Shown here in pieces: positions 20,901-30,360 of a stretch of DNA of 64,000 bases (the first letter of the stretch is position 1; the number at the start of each line of letters is the position of its first letter). The stretch is from Nitrospira sp. (lineage in GTDB: Bacteria; Nitrospirota; Nitrospiria; Nitrospirales; Nitrospiraceae). The stretch is from contig JALDRG010000016.1 of the NCBI GenBank assembly GCA_031315995.1, positions 5,566-69,565 of the forward strand. Reading direction: 5' to 3'. The notes under the pieces are model-generated. The model was given only the letters and a program-made list of their open reading frames with translations, was not told where the DNA came from and searched no databases. The position numbers and the translations under genes were made by a program.

Positions 20901-22205
20901 GTCGACGTTGTTGGTGATGACGTTACGGTCGTTCGGTCCGGTTCCACCGATGACGGCCAACGAACCTCGCAGATCGATGCCGTCGTCGCCGTTTCCGACA
21001 CCGCTTGAGCCTGTTCCTGTGGTGCCGATCCAATTTCCGCGGACCGTGATGCCATCGGCTCCCGTATCGACACGGATGCCGTCACCGGTAAACCGCGTCA
21101 ACACCAGACCTCGAACGATGCTGTTATCGGCCGTCGATGAGAACCTGATCCCGGTGGTCGCTACGCCATTGCCGTCCACACGAATCAGCGGATTGCTCGT
21201 AAAGCCGGTCTGGGTCCAGCCGTCGATTGTCACCTGGTCGGTGATCGTGTCTAAGTTGGATGCAAGCGTAATCGTCTGCGCCCCGGAACCGATGGCGAAT
21301 ACAATCGTGTCGGCACCGGCGGCGCCGTTCGCGCCAATGATCGCTTGGCGGAGCGAGCCGGCTCCGGCATCGTTCGTGTTGGTGACGGTGAAGGTCGCCA
21401 AGACGCCTTCCCAAGCCTCCTGCGTAGCCGTTCCGATCACGACGGAGGACTCAATCGATCCAGTCGCTACTTCCAAATTCCAGTTCGCAAATTCGGACAC
21501 ATGCCCTGTGCGGTCGGTGCTCGCCGCCACATCGGCGCCGGTGAGCTGCGCCAATGTCTGCATCGCCAACTGACCGGCCTCGCCGCGACCGAAGTTGCAA
21601 CCGTAGATCAGCAGGTCGGCATTCTGAGAGAGGCTTTGGCCGATCTGTTGAAACTGGTTCGCATACTGCTTCGTGATGGACTCTTGCGTCAGAAAACTTG
21701 TGCCGAGGTGGAGCTCCGCCTCGTTCCCTTCGGCGATCAGGTGAATCGCGTCCACGCCGGTGCGGTTCGCCAGCGCCTCGGCGATCTGCGCGATGCCGTC
21801 GCGGCGCCCATCAAGCAGGATGACTTCTGCATCGGGATTGATGCCCTGGAGGAGGACTTGAGAATCGGCAATGGTCGAGTCCACGAAGACGACTTCGCGA
21901 CGCTGCGTCGCCGGCGGATCGTAGGTGGAGATGGCGTCGAGGAGCGGATCCGGCGCAGAGGCGCTCGTATGGGGCGCATCGTGAGCTGCGTCCGCACTCA
22001 TTGCCGCGTCGGCCTGCTGTTTCGCGACCTGCTCCGGGGCGAGTTCGGCGGCGGTCGCTGCGGCCGCCGCGTCGAACATGAGGCGTGGCTCGAGCGCAAG
22101 CAAGGAGGCCTTTACCCCTCCGGACCGGCCTGTTGGGCGGCCTTTGCAGTTCGGCGGCTGCTGCTCCACGCCTGCCGGCCTCTTTGGCTGTGCTGGTCTT
22201 CCCAT
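8943..22205 (-). CDS. Giant (~4,400 aa) repetitive surface adhesin, apparently frameshifted: LEPRxxxD leader, DUF4347, two beta-helix blocks, delta-60 propeller, cadherin/Ig-like repeats, Pro linker, C-terminal hydrophobic helix
   Basis: ORF-track pieces 17043..22205, 14133..16838, 13362..13937 and 8943..13316 are collinear parts of one protein sharing VNDAP-delimited repeats. DUF4347-type motifs (VVFVDS, DAIHLI, DLLIYGCNFG, ADVAASTDRTG). Breaks coincide with indels relative to sister repeats. Confidence 0.85.
10258..17290 (-). repeat. Intragenic near-identical coding repeats (three module types)
   Basis: Module A (~360 bp, VNEDTALALGG...) near 10260, 10620, 12200, 13040, 16480. Module B (~480 bp, TITNLSGDSLAYSEG...) near 12560, 13830, 14300, 16810. 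Module C (~430 bp, VDLNAGGAGQDV...) near 11340, 13400. Boundaries approximate. Confidence 0.9.
15250..16400 (-). repeat. Seven delta-60-type repeats (beta-propeller) inside the adhesin
   Basis: Seven [QL]xDG[KR]I[VL]xxG...RYNxDGSLDxxF-like units in ORF 14133..16838. Confidence 0.85.
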
Positions 22206-22388
22206 GCTGGAATCTACTCTTCAGCCCCCGTGGTCGATGCACAGCTCCATCCCGACTTCATGGCCCCATTCGGGGATTGGATGCACCTCCCCATACAGTC
22301 CTTTTCGTCCGAAATGGCACTCGACTTGAGGCGATGGCCCGCCTCAGGACTCGCCATTCCAACCATAGCCACCACATTCGAAAATGCC

Positions 22389-24515
22389 TCAGAAGCCGCT
22401 CTCCCGGGCTAAGACGGCGACCGTTCGGACCCAAACCCGTTCGGCGACACTCCAGGGACGGCCCTCGACCTGGAGCGTTCCCGTGACGGCCTGGTTCCAG
22501 ACCGGTCCATCTCCCAGTAACTGGACATGCACGCGGAAGATGGACGCATCCGGCCGGACCCGACCCTGAGGATCTTTGCGAGTCGCAATGTTGCCTCCAT
22601 AGATCGATGCGTAGTAGGGAAGCGCGAACGTACTGTCATCGATCTGCCGAATTTCACGCACACGAGCCGGCAGCGCATCACGAATCAGATCCTTCGGAAC
22701 GAATCGCGCGAGTTGTCCCGGTTCGAGATAGGCCAGTTCACCTTCCGGGGCGACGGCATCGATTCCGGCCCGCTCCCCATCGACCACATAGGCTAACGCC
22801 AGCTTCTCGTTGACCCAACGACCTGGATGGAGGGATTCTGCGCAATCCGTCACTATCCCAGTGATCGGCGCCCGTAAGATCAGTTGTTCGCGCTGTTCCA
22901 GCAGCCCTCGCAGCTCTGCCCTGCGCGAGTGCAAGGATTCGACGACGACCTGGCGCTGCATGCGATCCGTTTCGCTGGAGGCCTGCCGCCCTGCGCGCAC
23001 TTCGAGGACTTCGATCTGTATCTGCGTGCGCCGCAGGTCCCGTTCAAGCTCCGGGGATTCAAGGTTCAGTAATATGTCGCCGGCCTGCACCCGTTGCCCA
23101 TTGCGAACCCTGACGGCACCGATGCGTGCGGGAATCGGAGCATAGAGGGTGGCATAGGGTGTCGCCTGGACCACTGCCTGGAGTGAGACCCGCGAAGACC
23201 ATGGGACGACCATCAGCATGATCAGCGTGAGCGATACCAGTGTCGTGACCCAGAACCGACTCCCCACGGCAAGCATGGATCGTTCCTTCCACCACCCATG
23301 GATTTCACGTCCGATCGGCAGCAGGATGAACCACAGGATTTCGACGGCAAACAGGACCACGCCCAAGGCCTTGAAGAAGAAAGAATAGACGAGTACGGCG
23401 ATCCCGAGGAACAGGAAGAACCGGTAGAGCCATGTCGCCCACGCATAGAGCAGCAGTTTTCGCCGTAACGCCGACGAGACGGGCTCCGGCGCCGCTTCAC
23501 CCGACGCAAACAGCAGTTCGCGGAGTTTCCATCGGCCGAAGGCGAAGGCGCGGTCTTGCAGGTTTGGGACTCCAAGCCAATCGGCCAGTAAGTAGTAGCC
23601 GTCGAATCGCATGAGCGGATTGAGGTTGATCGAGAGTCCGATCACCCAACTGGCCGTGGCGACCACGAAGGCCAGGGTGCGGGCTGTGCCATCGGGCAGG
23701 AAATTCCACGTAAACGTGGCCAGCATGGCCAAGGCGAGTTCCATCACCATTCCCGCGGCCCCGATCGCGAGCCGCTGACGCCGCGAGGTCAGGCGCCAGG
23801 CCTCGGTGGTATCGGAATAGAGCACCGGGAAGAGCACGAGCAATGCCACGCCCATGGTCTGCACACGACAGCCGTATTTGGTCGCCGTGTAGGCATGCCC
23901 CAGTTCATGCAACACTTTGATGCCGGCCAAGGCCGCGGCGGAGAGCACCGCGCCCTGGAACGTGAAGAAGGTGGGAAAGGTCGACACGAACGTGTCCCAT
24001 TGTCGACTGACCAAATACAACCCGCTCACCCCGAGCAATAGAACGAGCCAGGCGGCGCCCCACGTGAACAAGGGTGCGACCAGCGGGAGCGTCACGCGAA
24101 GGAACCGTTCCGGTCTGACGAGCGGGATGCGAACGAACAGGTAGTGGTGGAGCAGCCACGCCCCCCATCCCTGTCGCCTCGCTTCTGCCTGAGCGGCATA
24201 GTCCCGGCTGCTGCCGCTGGGCGTCTCTTCGGTGAGATTGTTGACGAAGAGAAACGTGATGAGGTCTTGGACGTCTTGCTCGGTTACTCGGCAGGTGGTC
24301 TCACTCTGAACGGAGTGGATGACCCGGTCGATCGATCCGCAGGCCCATCGTTCCAGCAATTGATGCGCCGTCCAACCGACCTGAAAATACCGGTTCCGAA
24401 CGGGATCGACGATCGTCCACACCGGTTGTCCATCCGGGGCAGGCGTCGATTCGAGAAATTGCAGATTGGCGCGAAGTCTCGGCAGCGGGCGCGCGGGTGA
24501 TGGCCCCATCAACAT
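22389..24515 (-). CDS. M50 (site-2) intramembrane metalloprotease fused to an HlyD-type adaptor domain
   Basis: HELGH and NLNPLMRFDG zinc motifs in a multi-TM core; C-terminal lipoyl-like hairpin, coiled coil and beta-barrel (VRVRNGQRVQAGD...LRAPITG). Confidence 0.9.
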   Translation of the reverse strand: MLMGPSPARPLPRLRANLQFLESTPAPDGQPVWTIVDPVRNRYFQVGWTAHQLLERWACGSIDRVIHSVQSETTCRVTEQDVQDLITFLFVNNLTEETPSGSSRDYAAQAEARRQGWGAWLLHHYLFVRIPLVRPERFLRVTLPLVAPLFTWGAAWLVLLLGVSGLYLVSRQWDTFVSTFPTFFTFQGAVLSAAALAGIKVLHELGHAYTATKYGCRVQTMGVALLVLFPVLYSDTTEAWRLTSRRQRLAIGAAGMVMELALAMLATFTWNFLPDGTARTLAFVVATASWVIGLSINLNPLMRFDGYYLLADWLGVPNLQDRAFAFGRWKLRELLFASGEAAPEPVSSALRRKLLLYAWATWLYRFFLFLGIAVLVYSFFFKALGVVLFAVEILWFILLPIGREIHGWWKERSMLAVGSRFWVTTLVSLTLIMLMVVPWSSRVSLQAVVQATPYATLYAPIPARIGAVRVRNGQRVQAGDILLNLESPELERDLRRTQIQIEVLEVRAGRQASSETDRMQRQVVVESLHSRRAELRGLLEQREQLILRAPITGIVTDCAESLHPGRWVNEKLALAYVVDGERAGIDAVAPEGELAYLEPGQLARFVPKDLIRDALPARVREIRQIDDSTFALPYYASIYGGNIATRKDPQGRVRPDASIFRVHVQLLGDGPVWNQAVTGTLQVEGRPWSVAERVWVRTVAVLARESGF

Positions 24516-24518
24516 GGC

Positions 24519-25919
24519 TCACCACCCCACGAATTGGCGAAGGGCGGACAGCGGACGCCGGAACAGGAGAAATGCCAACGGGCCTTGCTGCCCATAAATC
24601 TTGGCGGTGCCTTGCCACCCGATTCGGACCGCTCGATTCGTGCCCGTCAGCCCGGCGGTCACATGATAGGCCAGCTGATCGCCGGGAAGCACTTCGGCAT
24701 GGTACCCGGCATGCGTCACCTTGGCTTTGTACGTCTCGAGCGGCTGCGCGTCGAAAAACACCGCCACCTCCGCATCTTCCTGCAGCAACATCGCATCATT
24801 GACGGCCAAATCGATGCGCAATTCCAGCTGCGCAGGATCAGCGATCTCCATGATCCGTTCTCCCACGACCACCGGTTTCCCGACCCAATCGGCCTTATCG
24901 GTATAAATGAGCAAGCCGGACCGCAACGCCTTCACCTCCACTCGATCCAGGAGTTCCTTGGCATAGTCTCGCTCGGTCTCTTTGAGACGGGCTTCCGCCT
25001 CCAGAAGGGGAACTTCGGCCTTGCGCTGTGGATCGAGGAATCCCGATTGGACGGCTTGGTGGTGCTCCGCCTTGGCGACCGCGAGCTGCTTGCCTGCGAC
25101 GTGATACTGATTGCGCACATTCGTGTCTTCATACCGCAGGATCGTCTGACCCTCGACCACCATCGTGTTCGGCGGGACGAGGACCTCGGCCAACACGCCG
25201 TCCATCGGTGCCGTCACCACAGCCGGCTCTTTGGCGACGACCTTGACCGGGGCCAGCGTGGAGAGATGCACCGGGATACAGAGCGCCAGCAGCATGCCGA
25301 CGACGACGAGCCAGGTGACCCGACGAGGCAGCTTCCAGCTTCCGAACGAGCCGGGCTTCGCGAGGGCCTTGTACGCATGGGCATAGGTCTCGACCAGCCG
25401 TTGTAGAATCTGGATCTCATTGTCCTGCCAGGGCTGATCACGGTCGAGCCACAGTCCCCCGAGCAGGGACCGGTCGGGATGACGCAGAGGACACCAGAGG
25501 GCATGCGAGCCGGCAAATTCTTTCCATCCATCCCGGAGAGACGGAGAGCAGTCTTCGGCGGAGATCCGCATCGGCGTCTCAACGTCAGGACCTGTCCTGC
25601 TATTCCGCACCAGCTGCTCCAGCCATCGCATCATCGGGGCATCGCGCTCCACTTGGGACAGGCTCGAGGCCGCATGGACCTGGTAAGGCGATGCGGGATG
25701 CCTGCCTGCGCCGAACAGAAAGGCCTGACGGTACGCGATGAGGCGCCGAGTTTCGTTGACGATGAAAAATTCAAGAGCGTGGGCGGTGGGTTGCGCCCGT
25801 GCCTGACCTTCCAGTTGAAGCAGGATCGTCAAGGCCGGCGTTCCTGACGGCGCATCGTTCTGGCTTCCCGACGTAGCGCCTGGAGCTTCCCTGCAAGGCA
25901 TGTGGAGCACGTTCTGCAT
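24519..25919 (-). CDS. HlyD-family periplasmic adaptor with N-terminal GAF-like domain
   Basis: N-terminal GAF-like segment (FFIVNETRRLIAYRQA...LWCPL...GGLWLDR), one TM, then adaptor (APMDGVLAEVLVPPN, GERIMEIADP). Confidence 0.85.
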   Translation of the reverse strand: MQNVLHMPCREAPGATSGSQNDAPSGTPALTILLQLEGQARAQPTAHALEFFIVNETRRLIAYRQAFLFGAGRHPASPYQVHAASSLSQVERDAPMMRWLEQLVRNSRTGPDVETPMRISAEDCSPSLRDGWKEFAGSHALWCPLRHPDRSLLGGLWLDRDQPWQDNEIQILQRLVETYAHAYKALAKPGSFGSWKLPRRVTWLVVVGMLLALCIPVHLSTLAPVKVVAKEPAVVTAPMDGVLAEVLVPPNTMVVEGQTILRYEDTNVRNQYHVAGKQLAVAKAEHHQAVQSGFLDPQRKAEVPLLEAEARLKETERDYAKELLDRVEVKALRSGLLIYTDKADWVGKPVVVGERIMEIADPAQLELRIDLAVNDAMLLQEDAEVAVFFDAQPLETYKAKVTHAGYHAEVLPGDQLAYHVTAGLTGTNRAVRIGWQGTAKIYGQQGPLAFLLFRRPLSALRQFVGW

Positions 25920-25964
25920 AGGACGACCGTAGTGCGGCTGAGTGACGAATCGCTGCGTCCAAGG

Positions 25965-26759
25965 TTAGGGGTGGGGAACGGGAAAACTTGCCGTACCACT
26001 CATCCCTGCCAACACCTCGGAAGGGAGCTTCTCAAACCGCCCCGTGACCTTGATGGTTTGACTGGCCGGATCGACATTGGCTCCCAGTTCCTTGACCACT
26101 GCGGGATAGGGGCGTCCGGTTTCATCCACAGAGAAGACGAACCGCCCGCCTCTGGCCAACCAGCTCAGTGAATTCGACGGCAAGACAAGTTCGATCTCCA
26201 AACTGGTATCATCCAACAGGCTCAGCAACTTGTCGTTCGGAAAGACATTTTCATATTCGTGGACCAAGACCTCCACGATCCGTCCCGAGAACGGCGCCGT
26301 GATTTCACACCCCCGCACGTTGATTTCCATGATCCGGATGGCCGCCAACGCTTTTTTCGCCTCGGCCGCCGAAACTTCGACTTCCAATTGGCCGACGGCA
26401 TGCAAAGTTGCCAGTTGAAGATTGTTCCGATGGGTCTTTTCTTTCGCCTCGTATTCCGCCATCGCCCCTGCGAGCTCCGCTCGGTACTTGTCGCAATCGA
26501 TTTGGACCAGTGAACTGCCCTTCTTGAACCGCGCCCCTTCTCGAAACGGCAATCGCTTGACGCGACCTTGAATCTGACTAAATAACACCGCCTGCGTGGC
26601 GGCCTTGACGATGCCGCGCATCGCCTGGAGCTCACTTCGCACAGCCGGCGACGACGGTTCGGGCTTGGCCTCCCCACGGGCGTGGCCGGTCACACACAGG
26701 AGGCTTCCCGCCAGAACAAGACAGACGTTACTGAGCCACCGGACGAATCGTAGGGACAT
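25965..26759 (-). CDS. Periplasmic adaptor subunit (membrane-fusion protein) with signal peptide
   Basis: SQIQGRV...FKKG, ITAPFSGRI, VDPASQT motifs. Start re-called at MSLRF (26759) from the RBS. Confidence 0.88.
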   Translation of the reverse strand: MSLRFVRWLSNVCLVLAGSLLCVTGHARGEAKPEPSSPAVRSELQAMRGIVKAATQAVLFSQIQGRVKRLPFREGARFKKGSSLVQIDCDKYRAELAGAMAEYEAKEKTHRNNLQLATLHAVGQLEVEVSAAEAKKALAAIRIMEINVRGCEITAPFSGRIVEVLVHEYENVFPNDKLLSLLDDTSLEIELVLPSNSLSWLARGGRFVFSVDETGRPYPAVVKELGANVDPASQTIKVTGRFEKLPSEVLAGMSGTASFPVPHP

Positions 26760-28266
26760 CCTGTTCCTTCTTACGTACTGGGACCATCGCAACCATTTCC
26801 GACCGTTCCCAGTGCTCTCGGATCGCCTGAGCCAACTCCGCGACGTTCTGACTCGGTGTCATCGACGGCACGGCGTCCTCTCCGATGGCCGCCATGAGGT
26901 TGCCTTGCGCGGCTTCAAAAGCGGAACGCGCCACGTCGAGGCGCACCTCGGCGAGCACCTCATTCACTTTTTCTCGAATCAGATTGAGATCGCTCGTGCT
27001 GCGGGTCAGCCAGCCCCGCTGCGTCTGATCGGCGATTTGAACTTGGGTGACTTGATACCGTGCCGCATTGTCCAGTTCTTGGCGCGAGTAGGCGAGTTGA
27101 GTGGCTCCGACATGCACCTCCGTCAAGACCGTCAAGGAGGTGGCCAAGCTTTGCGTCTTCAACACGTCGTCCTGGGTCTGGATGACTTTCGATTTGGCGC
27201 GTTGGCTGAAGACGTTGAGCAGGTTCCAGCTGACCTGCGAAGCGTAGCCGAGCCAGTTCTGGTACAGAAAGAAACTGTTACTGCTGTAGTTCCCGCCGAA
27301 TTGGGCGCGCAAATTGGGAAACATTTGCAGGAGGGCGACTTTCGCTTCCTTGGCATTGACTCGTTTCTGATAATCGATGGTGCGGAGTTCCGGTCGATTC
27401 ATCAGGGCTTGCTCTTCTAAGCGGTCGAGGTCCAGATTGGCGACCGGGACGGCACGATCGACGGCCGGCATCTTCAGCTGGTAGAAGGCGTCGGGCTGGA
27501 GATTCATCAGTGACGCCAGCTGCACCTTCGCGATATTCAATTCCCGGTAGAGCCGCTGGACTTCACGCTGAATATTGAGCAGATCGCGCTGATAGTTGAG
27601 CGGCGCGAGCGGCGACTGAAGTTTCCTATCGTAAATGGTCCTGGTGTTCGCCAACGCTTTGGTGACCTGGTCGTCCAACGACGCCACCTTGCCGATCAAT
27701 CGATCGGCGCTCGCTGCCCGCCAAAATGCGTTCCGAACGTCCTGTATCAGCCGGATGGCCTGCCGCCGCTTTTCTTCCTGCGCGATCAAGACATTGTCTG
27801 CCGCTTGCTGCGCCCGCACATAGGAGAGGCCGAAATCCAATACGTCCCAACTCAAATACAGATTTCCGGTAAAGATGTTCCGATCGGCGGAGGTGACCGG
27901 TTCCAGGATCTGTCGACCGGTGAGGAGCGACACGGCGGTACCGCCGCTGAAGTTGTTGCGACCATCATACCCGGCATTCGCCGCAAGCTGAGGCAGGAGC
28001 GAATAATGCGCGAGGTCCAGTTGCTGGTGCGCAAACATGGTCTGCATGACCTTCACTCGACTGTCCAAGTTGTATTTCAACGCGCGGGCCATGGCTTCGT
28101 AAAGATCAATAGGCCCGGTCACCGGATCCTGGTCCGCGTGTAGGATCCGAATATCGTCCGCGACCCGCAAACGGATCTCTTCGTCCGTCAGCGGATGCGG
28201 CACGATCATGCAGGACGTGAGAAACAAGAGGGCAGAGCCCAACCCTATGGCGTAGAGACGGTTCAT
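26728..28266 (-). CDS. TolC-family outer-membrane channel (lipoprotein)
   Basis: Lipobox LTSC; OEP repeat motifs (AMARALKYNLD, LSWDVLDFG, ALMNRPEL). Confidence 0.9.
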   Translation of the reverse strand: MNRLYAIGLGSALLFLTSCMIVPHPLTDEEIRLRVADDIRILHADQDPVTGPIDLYEAMARALKYNLDSRVKVMQTMFAHQQLDLAHYSLLPQLAANAGYDGRNNFSGGTAVSLLTGRQILEPVTSADRNIFTGNLYLSWDVLDFGLSYVRAQQAADNVLIAQEEKRRQAIRLIQDVRNAFWRAASADRLIGKVASLDDQVTKALANTRTIYDRKLQSPLAPLNYQRDLLNIQREVQRLYRELNIAKVQLASLMNLQPDAFYQLKMPAVDRAVPVANLDLDRLEEQALMNRPELRTIDYQKRVNAKEAKVALLQMFPNLRAQFGGNYSSNSFFLYQNWLGYASQVSWNLLNVFSQRAKSKVIQTQDDVLKTQSLATSLTVLTEVHVGATQLAYSRQELDNAARYQVTQVQIADQTQRGWLTRSTSDLNLIREKVNEVLAEVRLDVARSAFEAAQGNLMAAIGEDAVPSMTPSQNVAELAQAIREHWERSEMVAMVPVRKKEQDVPTIRPVAQ

Positions 28267-28673
28267 CGCCTTTCATATCGGCTGTTCGCATGCACTTCTT
28301 TACGGTTTTTTCTTGGATTCGCATCGCATATCTCCTTGAAGGCTCTGTTTTTTCAATACTTTCGAAAACACACCCTCCTGACTATAAGAGAATGCGTACG
28401 TGTCGGCTGTGTTTCCGCCCATGCAACGGTTCCTCGTCATCCCCGCCCTGAGCCGTTCGACTCGGTCATCGTCTCCTATTTTTCACCTAGGCCTGAACTG
28501 AGTTGATCTGATTTTCAAACAGTGCTTTACTGCCGATTCGTACGAGGGTTTTTAGGGACGATCATTCCCGGCTACTGAGCAAAACTGGAGAAGACGCATA
28601 CAAAGCAGACACGTTCGAGCACGCGTAAATCCTGCGCTCGGTATGAACCATCGACTAACCAGGAGATCATTGG

Positions 28674-29531
28674 ATGCCGCCACAAACACCAGCAGCGGTC
28701 ATTGAAGCCCAGCGCCAGGACTGGAACCGTGTTGCCGCCGGTTGGGATCAATGGGATCAGTTTTTCAATCGGACCATGGCTTTCATCAACCATCGGCTGG
28801 TCGCCGATGCGCGCATACGGCCGGGCCTTCAGGTGTTGGATCTTGGATCAGGCACCGGCTATCCAGCGCTCCTGGCCGGTGAGGTGGTGGGGTCGGATGG
28901 ACGGGTGGTGGGGATCGATCTCGCCGAAGCCATGTTGGCGGTGGCCACTCGCAAAGCCAGGACGCTCGGCTTGGGGCACGTGACCTTTCGCACCGGAGAT
29001 GTCACCGTCCTGCCGCTCGAGACCGGCTCAATCGATGCGGTGATCAGCCGATTCTGCCTCATGTTCCTGCCGGAGATACCTAAGGCCGCCGCAGAGATCG
29101 CTCGCGTGCTGAAGCCGGGAGGGTATGTCGCGGCCGCCGTCTGGTCTGCACCCGACAAGAACCCATTCATTCGCATTCCCATGGACGTGATCAAAACCAT
29201 TATCCCCTTGCCGCCGCCTGACCCGGAAGCGCCGGGGATCTTCAGGCTTGCGAGACCGGGTGACCTAGCCGGCATGTTTGAGCAGGTTGGCCTCAGGCCG
29301 CTCGATGACGAAGAGTTCACGGCCGAGGTGAACTATTCCACGGCGGAGGAGTTCTTTCGCGGATTGATGGATATTGCCGCACCGATTCAAAACCTGTTCG
29401 CCAAACTGACACCGGAGCAACAGGCCGAGGCGGAGCGAGGCATCATCAAAGCGGTGAATGACTATCGCACGCCACAGGGGGTCTCGTTGCCGATCGCGGT
29501 GAGGATGGTGAGCGCGCGCAAGCCGCAGTAG
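28674..29531 (+). CDS. Class I SAM-dependent methyltransferase (UbiE-like)
   Basis: VLDLGSGTG, GIDLAEAML, DAVISRFCLMF, RVLKPGG. Confidence 0.9.
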   Translation: MPPQTPAAVIEAQRQDWNRVAAGWDQWDQFFNRTMAFINHRLVADARIRPGLQVLDLGSGTGYPALLAGEVVGSDGRVVGIDLAEAMLAVATRKARTLGLGHVTFRTGDVTVLPLETGSIDAVISRFCLMFLPEIPKAAAEIARVLKPGGYVAAAVWSAPDKNPFIRIPMDVIKTIIPLPPPDPEAPGIFRLARPGDLAGMFEQVGLRPLDDEEFTAEVNYSTAEEFFRGLMDIAAPIQNLFAKLTPEQQAEAERGIIKAVNDYRTPQGVSLPIAVRMVSARKPQ

Positions 29532-29577
29532 AGGGCCGCACGACGGCTCTCGCATAAACGGAATGCCGGAACGGAAC

Positions 29578-29605
29578 GCCGGCCGGCTCCGGAGAGCCGG
29601 CCGGC
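29578..29605. terminator. Perfect 12-bp GC hairpin between convergent genes
   Basis: GCCGGCCGGCTC-CGGA-GAGCCGGCCGGC; no U-tract, so terminator function is uncertain. Confidence 0.45.
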
Positions 29606-29624
29606 GGAACGCGAACCGAGCCTG

Positions 29625-29903
29625 CTAGTCCGTGACTTTTTCCTTCAATTCCTTCATCTTGCCTTTTGCCCGTTCACCTGCTCCTTTGACATCCCCCTTC
29701 GCCCGCTCCATCGCAGCCTTGGCGTCGTTCCCCTTCATTTCCTCTTTCATCCCCTTGGCTTCACCCTTCATTTCCTCCACATCCGCCTTCACCTCTCCCT
29801 TGGCCTTTTCCATCTTGGCCTTGGTTTCGCTGGCCTCTGCGTATGCCACCAGCCCAGTCACCATACAGAACCCAACCACCATCGCCGCTATCCATGTGCG
29901 CAT
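29625..29903 (-). CDS. Small exported Lys/Glu/Ala-rich protein (CsbD/LEA-like)
   Basis: GGAGG RBS, start MRTWIAAM, signal peptide, repeated ME[KR]AKG[ED]VK. Confidence 0.75.
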   Translation of the reverse strand: MRTWIAAMVVGFCMVTGLVAYAEASETKAKMEKAKGEVKADVEEMKGEAKGMKEEMKGNDAKAAMERAKGDVKGAGERAKGKMKELKEKVTD

Positions 29904-30360
29904 GTCGCCCTCCAAATGTAAGAGTGAACTATCTGCATCAGTCTGCGCTTTTCTTGGAACGTCACGTACTAGAGAATCCCCTAGTCTGAGACAGTCTGAG
30001 GCAACATCTGGCCAATCTGTGTGCGGAGGACAGACCCCGCAGCTATCCTTGGACAAATGGGAAACACATCGTGGAACCAGACGGTTGACTCGTCCAAGGT
30101 CGATCCGTGAGGCGCGAGAGCTCCGCGAACCTCTGCAGACATTGAAATGATTCGCATAATGTTGCACAGTGCGCGACGGTGGATGGGCCGGGGCGGAACT
30201 CACGACACGGCACGCCCTCGCCCACCCCTTCTAGTCATGCACACCGGAGGGCATCATATCCGCCTCCATGCGCGATCATCCAGGTGCGACCGCCGCGCAG
30301 GGATCGATTGGGGCCCGCGCCCGATCGAGATACAGGGCAGGGAATGGAGCATCTCGGCGC

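Noticed and set aside
28266-28674. c-di-GMP or other riboswitch upstream of tolC
   Set aside because: No GEMM-type conserved motif recognised by eye on either strand; an Infernal scan would be decisive.
30045-30110. CCTTGGAC...GTCCAAGG inverted repeat as a tRNA or sRNA
   Set aside because: Only an 8-bp stem; no cloverleaf, T-loop or terminator.
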